Shown here in pieces: positions 18,572 through 28,024 of a stretch of 64,000 bases of DNA (its first letter is position 1; each line of letters begins with the position of its first letter). Source of the stretch: Bacteroidia bacterium (GTDB taxonomy: Bacteria > Bacteroidota > Bacteroidia > M30B66); contig JAGYKL010000008.1 in the NCBI GenBank assembly GCA_018401705.1, forward strand, positions 11,688 to 75,687. Direction: 5' to 3'. The translations under genes were made by a program, and so were the position numbers. The notes under the pieces are model-generated. The model did not search any database. It had not been told where the DNA came from and worked only from the letters and a program-made list of their open reading frames with translations.

Positions 18572-20036
18572 GCTCTTAAATAGAATTGGACCGGCTAATT
18601 ACTGGTTTATTGGAATTATTGCAGTATTTATAAGCTTAAATTCTTTTCTAATTGCGAATGAATTTTACTTACTGCCAATTCTCCCAGTTGCAATTCTTAT
18701 ATTGTTTTCGGCATTAATTTCTATCGATAAATTAGTCTACTTCATACTTTTTTTTACTCCGTTTTCATTAACTGTTGAATTTAGTGAGTTTGCTGCTTTA
18801 ACATTACCAACAGAGCCTTTGCTTTTCGGGGTAATGCTTGTTTTCTTTTTCAAACTAATTTTTGAAGGCGGATTCGATAGAAAAATCACTCGTCATCCGG
18901 TAACTCTTGCTATTTTATTTATGCTAGGCTGGATGGTTTTAACTTCACTTACCAGTACAATGCCTTTGGTTTCATTAAAGTACACAATTGCTAGACTCTG
19001 GTTTATTGTTGCCTTTTATTTTGTTGCATCTCAAATATTTAAAAAGAAAGAGAATATCAGGTTCTGGATTTGGTTATTTACAGTGCCGTTGAGTATCGTT
19101 ATTGTTTATTCAATTGTACAGTTTTTCAACTATAACATTGACGCAAATGCCCTTTATTGGGTAATGCAGCCCTTCTTCAAAGACCACACAATTTATGGAG
19201 CTGTGATAGCGATGATGTTACCTTTGATGTTTGTTTTTGCATTTGACAAATCATATCTGCCAAAGGCTAGATTCACTTCACTTATTTTCTTTGGAATTAT
19301 TTTAATCGGCATTGTGGTTTCATACACAAGAGCGGCATGGCTAAGTGTTGCAGGCGCTTATGGCATTTACCTGATTTATTTTTTGAAAATCCATTGGAAA
19401 CTTGTTGTACTGGGAGCTCTAATTGTTTTATCTGTTTTAGGTTATTATCGGAACGACATCATGCTTAAGGTGGCTCAGAATAAGCAAAGCTCATCAAAAG
19501 ATTTAAAGGAGCACTTGCAATCGGTTTCCAACATTAAAAATGACGCTTCTAATCTTGAAAGAATCAATCGATGGAGCGCTGCCTTGAGGATGTTTCAGGA
19601 TAAACCTATTTTGGGTTTTGGTCCAGGAACCTACAGGTTTAAATACGCACCTTATCAAAGGTCATATGAGTTAACTTATGTGAGCACAAATGCAGGAACT
19701 CTGGGCAATGCTCATAGTGAATTCTTGGGACCTTTGGCAGAATCGGGTTTAATTGGCTCGTTGAACTATCTTTTAATAGTTATATTAACGATAATTACAG
19801 GAAGCCGGGTTTATAAAAAGGCTAAATCTCAAGAAGTTAGATTCCTAGCAATTGGGAGTCTGATTGGTTTGTTTACCTACTTTCTACACAGTTTCCTAAA
19901 TAATTTCCTTGATCAAGATAAAGCATCTGCACCATTTTGGTCGCTAATTGCAATTATAGTTGCTTTAGATATTTATCACTCCTCCTCTGAAGGAGAACCT
20001 AAAAAACTAGAAGAGCTTAGTGAAACCGGCAAGTAA
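18564..20036 (+). CDS. O-antigen ligase/polymerase (Wzy_C) family protein
   Basis: Multi-TM; SYTRAAW, SNLERINRW, PILGFGPG, AHSEFL.LAESG.IG. Confidence 0.87.
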   Translation: MNKLLNRIGPANYWFIGIIAVFISLNSFLIANEFYLLPILPVAILILFSALISIDKLVYFILFFTPFSLTVEFSEFAALTLPTEPLLFGVMLVFFFKLIFEGGFDRKITRHPVTLAILFMLGWMVLTSLTSTMPLVSLKYTIARLWFIVAFYFVASQIFKKKENIRFWIWLFTVPLSIVIVYSIVQFFNYNIDANALYWVMQPFFKDHTIYGAVIAMMLPLMFVFAFDKSYLPKARFTSLIFFGIILIGIVVSYTRAAWLSVAGAYGIYLIYFLKIHWKLVVLGALIVLSVLGYYRNDIMLKVAQNKQSSSKDLKEHLQSVSNIKNDASNLERINRWSAALRMFQDKPILGFGPGTYRFKYAPYQRSYELTYVSTNAGTLGNAHSEFLGPLAESGLIGSLNYLLIVILTIITGSRVYKKAKSQEVRFLAIGSLIGLFTYFLHSFLNNFLDQDKASAPFWSLIAIIVALDIYHSSSEGEPKKLEELSETGK

Positions 20037-21234
20037 GGAGAGCGATATCATCAATATACGGCTGATCTCCTTTAAAATTAATTAAATGCTCCATGAGCTT
20101 TTTATTAAATGCTTCTGACTTCAGGCTCGAATTCTCATCCATAAAATCAATAAGATGTTCTGTTCCAAAATCAGAGCCGCTATCGTTTTCTTGTTCTACA
20201 AGGCCATCTGTATAGCACAAAAGAAGAGATTCTCCGGGAATATGAACTTGGCCTACTTCTAAGCGATACAGCTTCTCAAGCATTCCAAGGCCTGTAGTGC
20301 CCAAACCCAAGCTTTCATTGCCCTGAGAGTGATGCAAAATCGGCGGATTGTGTCCTGCATTTACATAAGTAAGCTCTCGATTTGAAATAGAATACTTAGC
20401 AATAAACATGGTGATAAACTTCTCACCTTTTGCGCTTTCAACAACCCTGTCGTTAAGTTGGGTAACAAAATCAGCTAAACTTGTCATATTGCTTACCATA
20501 GCTCTGAGATAAGCTTGAAAGTTCGCCATAAGAATGGCAGCCGAAATTCCCTTGCCTGAAACATCGGCTACACAAAATAGTATTTCATCATCGTTTAGAT
20601 AGATAAAATCATAATAATCTCCACCTACTTGCCTCATTGGCTTATAAAAAGCAGAGAAATCAAAATATTCGTCGTGTGGCAAAGAAGACGGAATGAGCAT
20701 TGCCTGAACCTCTTTTGCCATCTCAAGCTCTCGCTTGAACATTTCTTGTTGGAGATTATCTTTAAAAAGACGCTTATTTTCAATAGCAACAGCAATTATA
20801 TTGCATATAGTTTGAATGAATTCAAGGTCTTGTTTGTGCTCATCAGATTCATTGTCTTTAATTTCACCTATGAGCAAATAGGCTAAAGCCTGGGTTTTGT
20901 GCTGAACTGGAATAACAACATCAAAATTGCTAATTCTTGAATTTGGATTTCCCCCGAGAAAAGAAATGTCTTTGAACTCCTTCAAGTCGATATCAGGACG
21001 AATATGCTCAACTTCGTGTTTTGCTCCTCTGCAAATGGGCCACCTCCAGATCTCATCAAAACTGCAATAGGCAAATTTTACATAACCCAATTGCTGATTT
21101 AAAATGTAATCACAGATACTAAAAAGATCTTCAGCTGAGAAATTATGATTAATAGCGCGAGTTACTTGCAATAGCGCATAGATCTGCTTTCGATAATGCT
21201 GATCTGATGTACTTTTAAGTTCGTCGCTAATCAT
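20017..21234 (-). CDS. RsbU/SpoIIE-type PP2C Ser/Thr phosphatase with N-terminal GAF-like domain
   Basis: VGGDYYD, ADVSGKG, VNAGHNPP, YTDGLVE and DDIAL motifs. Confidence 0.93.
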   Translation of the reverse strand: MISDELKSTSDQHYRKQIYALLQVTRAINHNFSAEDLFSICDYILNQQLGYVKFAYCSFDEIWRWPICRGAKHEVEHIRPDIDLKEFKDISFLGGNPNSRISNFDVVIPVQHKTQALAYLLIGEIKDNESDEHKQDLEFIQTICNIIAVAIENKRLFKDNLQQEMFKRELEMAKEVQAMLIPSSLPHDEYFDFSAFYKPMRQVGGDYYDFIYLNDDEILFCVADVSGKGISAAILMANFQAYLRAMVSNMTSLADFVTQLNDRVVESAKGEKFITMFIAKYSISNRELTYVNAGHNPPILHHSQGNESLGLGTTGLGMLEKLYRLEVGQVHIPGESLLLCYTDGLVEQENDSGSDFGTEHLIDFMDENSSLKSEAFNKKLMEHLINFKGDQPYIDDIALLTCRFH

Positions 21235-21245
21235 TCTAAAATCAA

Positions 21246-22190
21246 TTAATCTTTTGAATTCTGGAAAACAGCCTTCAATAAATCAGGGATTCTTTTAACC
21301 AAAGTAAGCTCCTTCATTTTTTCTCTTGCCTCACCTACTGGAGAACCAAAGTAGGTTTTTCCCCCTTCAAGTGATTTTGGAACGCCACTTTGAGCAAGTA
21401 CAATTGCCTTTTTGCCAATAGTTAAATCTTTAGATACGCCAACTTGGCCCCAAAGGATTACTTCATCCTCTATATGAGCTACGCCTGCAACACCTGTTTG
21501 CGCGGCAATAAGTACATGTTCTCCAACTACTGTATCGTGACCTATATGAATCTGATTATCGAATTTGGTTCCTTTGCCAATCACCGTATCTCCTGTTACA
21601 CCGCGATCGATAGTACAACAAGCACCAATCTCAACGTCATCTTGAATAACAACTCTGCCGCAACTGCGCATTTTATCATATCCGGCAGGCCGACGCTTAA
21701 AATAAAATGCATCAGCTCCAATAACTGTTCCTGCGTGAATAACAACACGATCGCCAATAATTGTATGATCGTAAATAGTCACATTGGGATGGACGAGGCA
21801 GTCTTTTCCAATTTTCACATTATTACCAACGAAAGCTCCCGGCTGAATAATTGTGCCATCGCCTATTTCGGCGGATTTACTAAGGAGACCATCCGCCTTC
21901 TCAAAAGGCATAAAATAATCGACAAGTTTGTTGTAATCACGAAAAGGATCCTCACTAACGATAATACCTTTGCCTTGCGGAACATCCACATCTGTGTTAA
22001 TCAGAATGGTACTGGCAGCTGAATTAAGACACTTATCGTAATACTTTGGGTGGTCAACAAATGACAGGTCTCCAGGTTCTACTTTATGTATCTCATTGAT
22101 ACCTGTAATCAAATGTTCGGGATTGCCTTTATATCGACCTCCTATTAGTTCAGTGAGTTTTGCTAGGGTGATTGGTGGACTTATCTTCAT
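21246..22190 (-). CDS. lpxD: UDP-3-O-acylglucosamine N-acyltransferase (LpxD-like)
   Basis: N-terminal LpxD domain (GDLSFVDHPKY), hexapeptide repeats, TIDRG, DNQIHIGHD with catalytic His. Confidence 0.85.
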   Translation of the reverse strand: MKISPPITLAKLTELIGGRYKGNPEHLITGINEIHKVEPGDLSFVDHPKYYDKCLNSAASTILINTDVDVPQGKGIIVSEDPFRDYNKLVDYFMPFEKADGLLSKSAEIGDGTIIQPGAFVGNNVKIGKDCLVHPNVTIYDHTIIGDRVVIHAGTVIGADAFYFKRRPAGYDKMRSCGRVVIQDDVEIGACCTIDRGVTGDTVIGKGTKFDNQIHIGHDTVVGEHVLIAAQTGVAGVAHIEDEVILWGQVGVSKDLTIGKKAIVLAQSGVPKSLEGGKTYFGSPVGEAREKMKELTLVKRIPDLLKAVFQNSKD

Positions 22191-22264
22191 ACAATGAAAA
22201 GAATGCCGAAAGGTAATGTAAATTTGTGCGTACGAAGAAAGAGTAATTTAACGTTGAAGCAAGA

Positions 22265-23149
22265 ATGACAATCAGGGAAGCCATAGAAATATTGGAGCTG
22301 GAAACGCCGGTTAGTCATGAGCAGGTAAAACGGTCTTTCAGACAAAAAGCTAAGAAATACCATCCCGACAGGCATAAAGATGAGATTAGCAGCAAGCTTA
22401 ACGCTGATAGATTTATTCAGGCTAGAGCTGCGAGCGATTTGCTACTGAGTTATTCTGAAGCAATTATTAACTCACCCGGAAGACAGCGTGATCCTGCTCG
22501 GGTGGTTAGGAGAGAACCTCGAAGGCAGCCTCCCCCGCATCCAGTTACTCAGATACGTTTTGTTAAGGAGCTTGATAATATGATCAGGCTTTTTAGAATG
22601 ATTCAGGGTAGCACTAAGAAGTTTAAATCGATTAATCTAAATATTCAGCCTGGAGCCTGGCTGGGAAAGATGTATGAGTTTTTGTTTGAGAAGAAGTTCA
22701 GTGGTGAAGATTTCTTAAAGGGTAATGCATTTGCATTTTACCGGTTTTTCAGGTTGTTCTTCGGCTCTATTTTTCTTATTGCTGGGTTTATTGGAATTAG
22801 CATCATTGGGATGATACTAGCAGCAGGAGTTTTCCCTGCTCTAATTGTATTTCAAGCAGTTTACACTATCTACATTCAAATGATTGATTTTCAAGCCAAA
22901 AAACTCAATCTGCATATAAAAGTCAAGGATAAAGAAAAGTGGGTAAGCATAAGACGAAAGTATCTTCATTTCAGAACAGTTCCTGTTTTCGGGATGTTAA
23001 TTTTGGCGTCGATGTTTATTAGATTGAGTGCACCTTATTCAGGGTATTTCACATTGCTTAGCCTTATGTTTTGCATTCCTTTATTCATCCTAATGCTTAG
23101 TGTAAGCTATGAATGGCTTCACTATTACAAACTTTTGAGAGCTGAGTAA
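22265..23149 (+). CDS. J-domain (DnaJ-type) protein with C-terminal transmembrane helices
   Basis: A.EILEL...VKRSFRQKAKKYHPDR...F J-domain, Pro/Arg-rich linker, about four hydrophobic helices. Confidence 0.82.
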   Translation: MTIREAIEILELETPVSHEQVKRSFRQKAKKYHPDRHKDEISSKLNADRFIQARAASDLLLSYSEAIINSPGRQRDPARVVRREPRRQPPPHPVTQIRFVKELDNMIRLFRMIQGSTKKFKSINLNIQPGAWLGKMYEFLFEKKFSGEDFLKGNAFAFYRFFRLFFGSIFLIAGFIGISIIGMILAAGVFPALIVFQAVYTIYIQMIDFQAKKLNLHIKVKDKEKWVSIRRKYLHFRTVPVFGMLILASMFIRLSAPYSGYFTLLSLMFCIPLFILMLSVSYEWLHYYKLLRAE

Positions 23150-23150
23150 C

Positions 23151-25700
23151 TTATTGGTTTTGCAAATCGAACCATTGTCTTCTTCGGTTCACCTTTAAAT
23201 CCTGAAGCATTGATGATTTCACACGAATTGTGAAATTATAACTTTGGCGAAAGCCAAAAGGAATCCAGTTGAAATGCATTTCCCAGCAATGTAAATCTCT
23301 AAAAATGTCTACAGTAGAAAATGCAAATTCTTTGGTTTGAAAATCATAACCTGTGCTTAGGGCAATTTTCCACTTCTCGGTAAGATTGAGGTCTCCGCTA
23401 ACATTAAGGATTTGATTTCTTTGAACATCATTATTGGCAAATCGAGTGCTAAGGACAAAGCTCGCGTTGACTGACCAAGGAATATTAAAATCTACATAAT
23501 CAAATGGATTAGCTGCAAGCTCTCTTCTTTCGGCATCATTTCCGGCGGTGGTGCTTAGTTTCTCACGTTTACCTGAGGCTAGGGTGGTTGTTAAAGCAAG
23601 ATTATTGGCAACGGCTCTCGCGAACTTTCCTGTTTTATCGAAATAGTAAGTATTAATTCTTACTCCAGTTACCGAGTCTGTAGCATAAAAATCATAGCTG
23701 CTACTATAAACTATATCCAGTTTCTTGAAAAGTCTTGTCCTAGCACTTATTGAGAGCGGCTGCCAATTAAGAGAATCGGCAGCGATGTTATAAGATGTAC
23801 CAATGTTAAATGCATCAAGCAAAACCACTTTAGTAAGTCCGGTTCCGGTAGTATCGCGACGCGACTTTAGCTTGGCTTCAAGGTTATTGTTCAGGTTTAT
23901 TCCGAAAGTTCCTTGTCTTCCAACCGCAGGTTGACCATAAATACCTATTTCATACGGAGAATAAAAGCCAGCGGCCCCTTGAGGACCGTAAAATCCATAC
24001 TCTCTTGAGTTAAAATCGGGCTGAAAACGATAACTCAACTGAGGCGTCATAACGTTTCGGATGGTGTTTTTTCCCAATTTAAGGAAGCTGTAAACCCTGG
24101 TGCTTAAGTTAGCATTAACATTCCATTCTCGAGTGGCATCGAAACCTCTTATTGTATCGGTTACTACATCACCAAGTGCACTGTCGAAGAACTTGTCAAT
24201 TGTTGAGAAATACCATCGTTCGGTATAGTTAAATCCAGGTGAAAAAGTGAAATATTTAAGAAACTGAAATGAGGTTTGAATTGGAATTGTGTGCTGAACT
24301 CCGTTGTTGAATTTTGAAGTCCAACCGGGTCTTCCAAACAAAGAATCAGCTTGTGTAATTGTGTTTCTGCTTTGCAAAGTGTAGGTAAGTCCAATTTTCT
24401 CGTACCAACGCTGCGCTCCTACTGGATTTTTCCTTCTAAGGGGATAAATCCTATTCATATTAACCTGAAGTTCAGGAGCAGATAGAGAAATTATTTTGGT
24501 TGCTGTATTTTGACTGTGCCCTGCACTTAGAATTAAGTTAAAAGGAGTGTTTGCAAATGTTTTGGTGTAAGATATACTTGACTGAAAGGTATTTGCAACT
24601 ATATTATTGGTATTGAAAGAGTTAAGTGCATTGAAATTGCTAGAACCCGCTTGCACAGAAGCAGAGAATCGTGAATTGGGTCTTGACTTTGGATCTTGGG
24701 AGTGTCGCCAGGTGATGAAGAAATCTTTATTGACTGAAGAACCAAATAATTCTGGATCTCCTTGAAGAATTTTAGAGAACCTCATATCGAGGTTTCCATT
24801 AAAATGGTAACGATAATTGTATGAAGTACCACCTGAGAGGCCCCATGAGCCGCGAGAATAGATATTTCCTCTGATGGAAGCGTCAACATAATCTGAAATG
24901 CCAAAATAATACCCTCCTTCCTGGAGGAAGAAGCCTAATCCGGGTGATTCACCATAAGTTGGGAAGATGATTCCGGAAGTTCTGGATGTTGAATTAGGGA
25001 ATATGCCAAAAGGTACTGCCAGAGGTGTTGGCACATCTTCAATAACGAGATTAGCCGGACCAGAAACAATTTTATCCTTAGGAATGACTTTAATTTTAGA
25101 TGCATTTATGTAAAAATGCGGATGCTCGGGCAAGTTGCAGGTGGTATATTTTCCGTTTTTAACGAAGAACTCATCATTTTCATTCTTTTTTACCTGATCG
25201 CCATGCAAGAAACCTTCTCCCTGTTTGGTAAAAACACCCGAGATACGTCCCTTTTTTGTTTTGAAATTATACGACATCACCTTCGCATCGAAGGTTTGAC
25301 CACCTTCAGAAAACACAGGAAATCCGATTAAATTTCCAGAAGTATCCGGTTTGGGTTCGGCATGAACTGTATTTGTGGCCCAATCAATTTCTATGTATTC
25401 TGCTTGAAGATGAATTGCATCATATTTTACATCAGCTTCACCAAAGAGATAGATTTTTTTTCCATCCAATGAGAACCTCATTGAATCTCTTGCTTTGTAC
25501 TCAACTTTAGAGTCGAGTGCATCTTTAGATGTAGGCAAGCCAACAACCTTCACGCTATCAGCACCAAGCGAGTCGGTTGCCAAAGACAATGAATCAGTAT
25601 TGAGTTCGTTTTTAATCTGAGCATCCAACTGTCCTAATATGAACAGAAGCAATGTGAATAAAACTGTTGTTAAGTGTCGCGAGGTTACCCGTAATCTCAA
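23151..25700 (-). CDS. lptD: LPS assembly protein LptD (Bacteroidota type)
   Basis: Y.ARDS, YTTC...PHF, PTYGES..GFFL, RDLHCWEM, IRVKSSMLQDLK. Divergent from the amidase gene. Confidence 0.92.
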   Translation of the reverse strand: MRLRVTSRHLTTVLFTLLLFILGQLDAQIKNELNTDSLSLATDSLGADSVKVVGLPTSKDALDSKVEYKARDSMRFSLDGKKIYLFGEADVKYDAIHLQAEYIEIDWATNTVHAEPKPDTSGNLIGFPVFSEGGQTFDAKVMSYNFKTKKGRISGVFTKQGEGFLHGDQVKKNENDEFFVKNGKYTTCNLPEHPHFYINASKIKVIPKDKIVSGPANLVIEDVPTPLAVPFGIFPNSTSRTSGIIFPTYGESPGLGFFLQEGGYYFGISDYVDASIRGNIYSRGSWGLSGGTSYNYRYHFNGNLDMRFSKILQGDPELFGSSVNKDFFITWRHSQDPKSRPNSRFSASVQAGSSNFNALNSFNTNNIVANTFQSSISYTKTFANTPFNLILSAGHSQNTATKIISLSAPELQVNMNRIYPLRRKNPVGAQRWYEKIGLTYTLQSRNTITQADSLFGRPGWTSKFNNGVQHTIPIQTSFQFLKYFTFSPGFNYTERWYFSTIDKFFDSALGDVVTDTIRGFDATREWNVNANLSTRVYSFLKLGKNTIRNVMTPQLSYRFQPDFNSREYGFYGPQGAAGFYSPYEIGIYGQPAVGRQGTFGINLNNNLEAKLKSRRDTTGTGLTKVVLLDAFNIGTSYNIAADSLNWQPLSISARTRLFKKLDIVYSSSYDFYATDSVTGVRINTYYFDKTGKFARAVANNLALTTTLASGKREKLSTTAGNDAERRELAANPFDYVDFNIPWSVNASFVLSTRFANNDVQRNQILNVSGDLNLTEKWKIALSTGYDFQTKEFAFSTVDIFRDLHCWEMHFNWIPFGFRQSYNFTIRVKSSMLQDLKVNRRRQWFDLQNQ

Positions 25701-25795
25701 TGATTGTCCCGATTAGATTTGTAAAGTCCGATTTGAAACGTTTGCAAAACTAACTTATTTCCGTGCATGCGCTACGGCATGTGTAACAGAGACCA

Positions 25796-26980
25796 ATGAA
25801 ACCTATATATAAATATCCCCTTTTTGCTTTAGGAACGCTAATAATGGTTCTTATTTCTGCCATTATTTTTCTTCCTCAAGGCTTTGCAAAAAATGTTAAA
25901 CAGAAAGGCGATGGCTTAAAAACTGTTGTGATTGATGCCGGACATGGTGGTCATGATAGTGGTTGTCACGGCTCTTCGGCTTACGAAAAACATGTTGCTT
26001 TAGCTGTTTCTTTGAAGTTAGGGAAAATGATTGAGGAGAAATTTCCTGATGTGAAGGTGATTTACACACGTAAAACGGATGTTTTTGTAGAATTATATCG
26101 CAGAGCACAAATTGCCAATGAGAGTAAAGCCGATTTATTTATCTGTATTCATTGTAATAGTGGTCCAAAGACAGCTTTTGGAACAGAAACATTTGTGATG
26201 GGATTACACAAAAGTGATGATAATCTAAGTGTTGCAAAACGTGAGAATGCTGTAATCTTACAGGAAGATAATTATCAGAAAGAGTACGATGGATTTGATC
26301 CAAACAGCCCAGAAGCGAACATAATTTTCTCATTATATCAGAATGCTTTCCTTGACCAAAGCCTTTACTTTGCTGGCAGAGTTCAAGATGAGTTAACAAC
26401 ATTTGCAAAACGCCATAATAGAGGTGTAAAACAAGCAGGTTTCCTGGTTTTATTTAAAACAACGATGCCAGCAGTTCTTATTGAAACAGGCTTCTTGACT
26501 AACAATGATGAAGAAAAATACCTCAAGTCTGACGAAGGTCAAAAAACTATTGCAGAAGGTATTTTAAAAGCATTTTCGAATTACAAAGATTGGATTGATG
26601 GAAATGCAGCAAAAAGAGAAAAATTATCTCCTGGACCTGTGGTTAAAGAAGCAGAAAAGCCAATTGTGAAGATTGCTGAATCTCAGGAGAAACCTGCAGA
26701 AACTGCTAATAATGTAACAGGTACAGTTTTTAGAGTGCAGATTTTCAGTTCATCAGTGAAGTATGATAGTTCTCATCCTAAATTCAATAAAAGAAACGAT
26801 ATTTGGATGTATTCTGCCGGCGGTTTATGGAAATACACTGCAGGAGCCTTTGATAAACTCGAGGATGCTGTTACTTTGCAGACGGAATTAAAATCACAGG
26901 GATTTAGTGATGCTTTTGTTGTAGCCTTTAAAAATGGTGAAAGAATCAGCATTCAAGAGGCCAGAGCATACAACCCTTAA
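25796..26980 (+). CDS. N-acetylmuramoyl-L-alanine amidase (Amidase_3) with C-terminal SPOR-like domain
   Basis: VVIDAGHGGHD, EK.VAL, FICIHCN, AVLIETGFLTN; C-terminal FRVQI...GFSDAFVVAF. Confidence 0.94.
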   Translation: MKPIYKYPLFALGTLIMVLISAIIFLPQGFAKNVKQKGDGLKTVVIDAGHGGHDSGCHGSSAYEKHVALAVSLKLGKMIEEKFPDVKVIYTRKTDVFVELYRRAQIANESKADLFICIHCNSGPKTAFGTETFVMGLHKSDDNLSVAKRENAVILQEDNYQKEYDGFDPNSPEANIIFSLYQNAFLDQSLYFAGRVQDELTTFAKRHNRGVKQAGFLVLFKTTMPAVLIETGFLTNNDEEKYLKSDEGQKTIAEGILKAFSNYKDWIDGNAAKREKLSPGPVVKEAEKPIVKIAESQEKPAETANNVTGTVFRVQIFSSSVKYDSSHPKFNKRNDIWMYSAGGLWKYTAGAFDKLEDAVTLQTELKSQGFSDAFVVAFKNGERISIQEARAYNP

Positions 26981-26998
26981 ATTTATATTAGCTATCGA

Positions 26999-27964
26999 AT
27001 GACAATCTCCCGGGAAATAAGAGTAGGTTTATTAGTAACAGCTGGAATAGCTATGCTTTACATAGGATTGAATTTCCTAAAGGGCAAAAACATATTCTCT
27101 CGTTCAAGAACATATTTTGCTGTATTTGAAGATGTGGATCAACTCATGGTTTCGGCCACAGTTCAAGTAAACGGATTTAAAGTAGGTATTGTAGATGAGG
27201 TGAGATTCTCCTCAAAAAGCTCTACTAAAGTTCTTGTTAAGTTTCTCATAACTGAGGACAATCTTGTAATTCCTGATGATACTGAAGCTCATATTGTTAG
27301 TGACTTGCTTGGTTCAAGAACGCTTGATTTGCAGTTAGGAACATCTAATCTTCCCGCTGAAAGCGGAGATACTTTAACTTCTGTAATTGACCGAGGAATT
27401 ACCGATGAGATTAAGAGTGCGCTTTTGCCTCTTAAAGTTAAGATAGAAAATCTAGCAGGCTCGGTGGATACGGTTCTTTCGGGGTTAAACAATGTCTTTA
27501 ACAAGAAGACTCAAGATGGCCTGGTTAATAGCTTTGAGAGTGTAAACACATCTATTTTGAGGTTCGAACACACAGTTACTGAATTTGACCTTTTAGTTAC
27601 CAATGAAAGAGATAAACTTTCGAGAATCTTCTCAAACGTTGAGTCAATTACCGAAAACTTAAAGAATAACAACGAGAAGCTTAGTAGTGTTTTTGCCAAT
27701 ATTGATAGAATAACCGACGATGTAGCGAAGAGTAATGTGAAGCAAACCATGGAAGACCTTCAAAAAAGCATGCAAAGTTTGAAGGCTATTGTTGAAAAAA
27801 CTGAACGCGGTGAAGGTTCTTTAGGAAAACTCATTGTTGATGATTCGCTGTACACCAATTTGAATCAAAGCTCAATGAATTTGAGCTTATTGCTTGAAGA
27901 CATGAAGGCGAATCCTAAGAGGTACGTGCACTTCTCGGTTTTTGGCAAGGGAGAAAAGAAATAA
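26999..27964 (+). CDS. MlaD/MCE family protein
   Basis: EIRVGL TM anchor, V.VNGFKVG.V MCE domain, helical tail GSLGKL..D.SLY...D.K.NPKRY. Confidence 0.92.
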   Translation: MTISREIRVGLLVTAGIAMLYIGLNFLKGKNIFSRSRTYFAVFEDVDQLMVSATVQVNGFKVGIVDEVRFSSKSSTKVLVKFLITEDNLVIPDDTEAHIVSDLLGSRTLDLQLGTSNLPAESGDTLTSVIDRGITDEIKSALLPLKVKIENLAGSVDTVLSGLNNVFNKKTQDGLVNSFESVNTSILRFEHTVTEFDLLVTNERDKLSRIFSNVESITENLKNNNEKLSSVFANIDRITDDVAKSNVKQTMEDLQKSMQSLKAIVEKTERGEGSLGKLIVDDSLYTNLNQSSMNLSLLLEDMKANPKRYVHFSVFGKGEKK

Positions 27965-28024
27965 TGCTGCATTGAAGAGTTAAAACTCTTTGCCATTATA
28001 TTTGTTGAACATCACATTGAAGAC

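Noticed and set aside
21444-22022. 192-aa plus-strand ORF inside lpxD, and the many 60-100 aa ORFs nested in or antisense to larger genes
   Set aside because: They are shadow frames of well-supported genes, with no recognisable motifs.
25763-25784. Small hairpin GCATGC-N6-GCATGT before the amidase gene
   Set aside because: Too short and weak, with no U tract or recognisable RNA motif.
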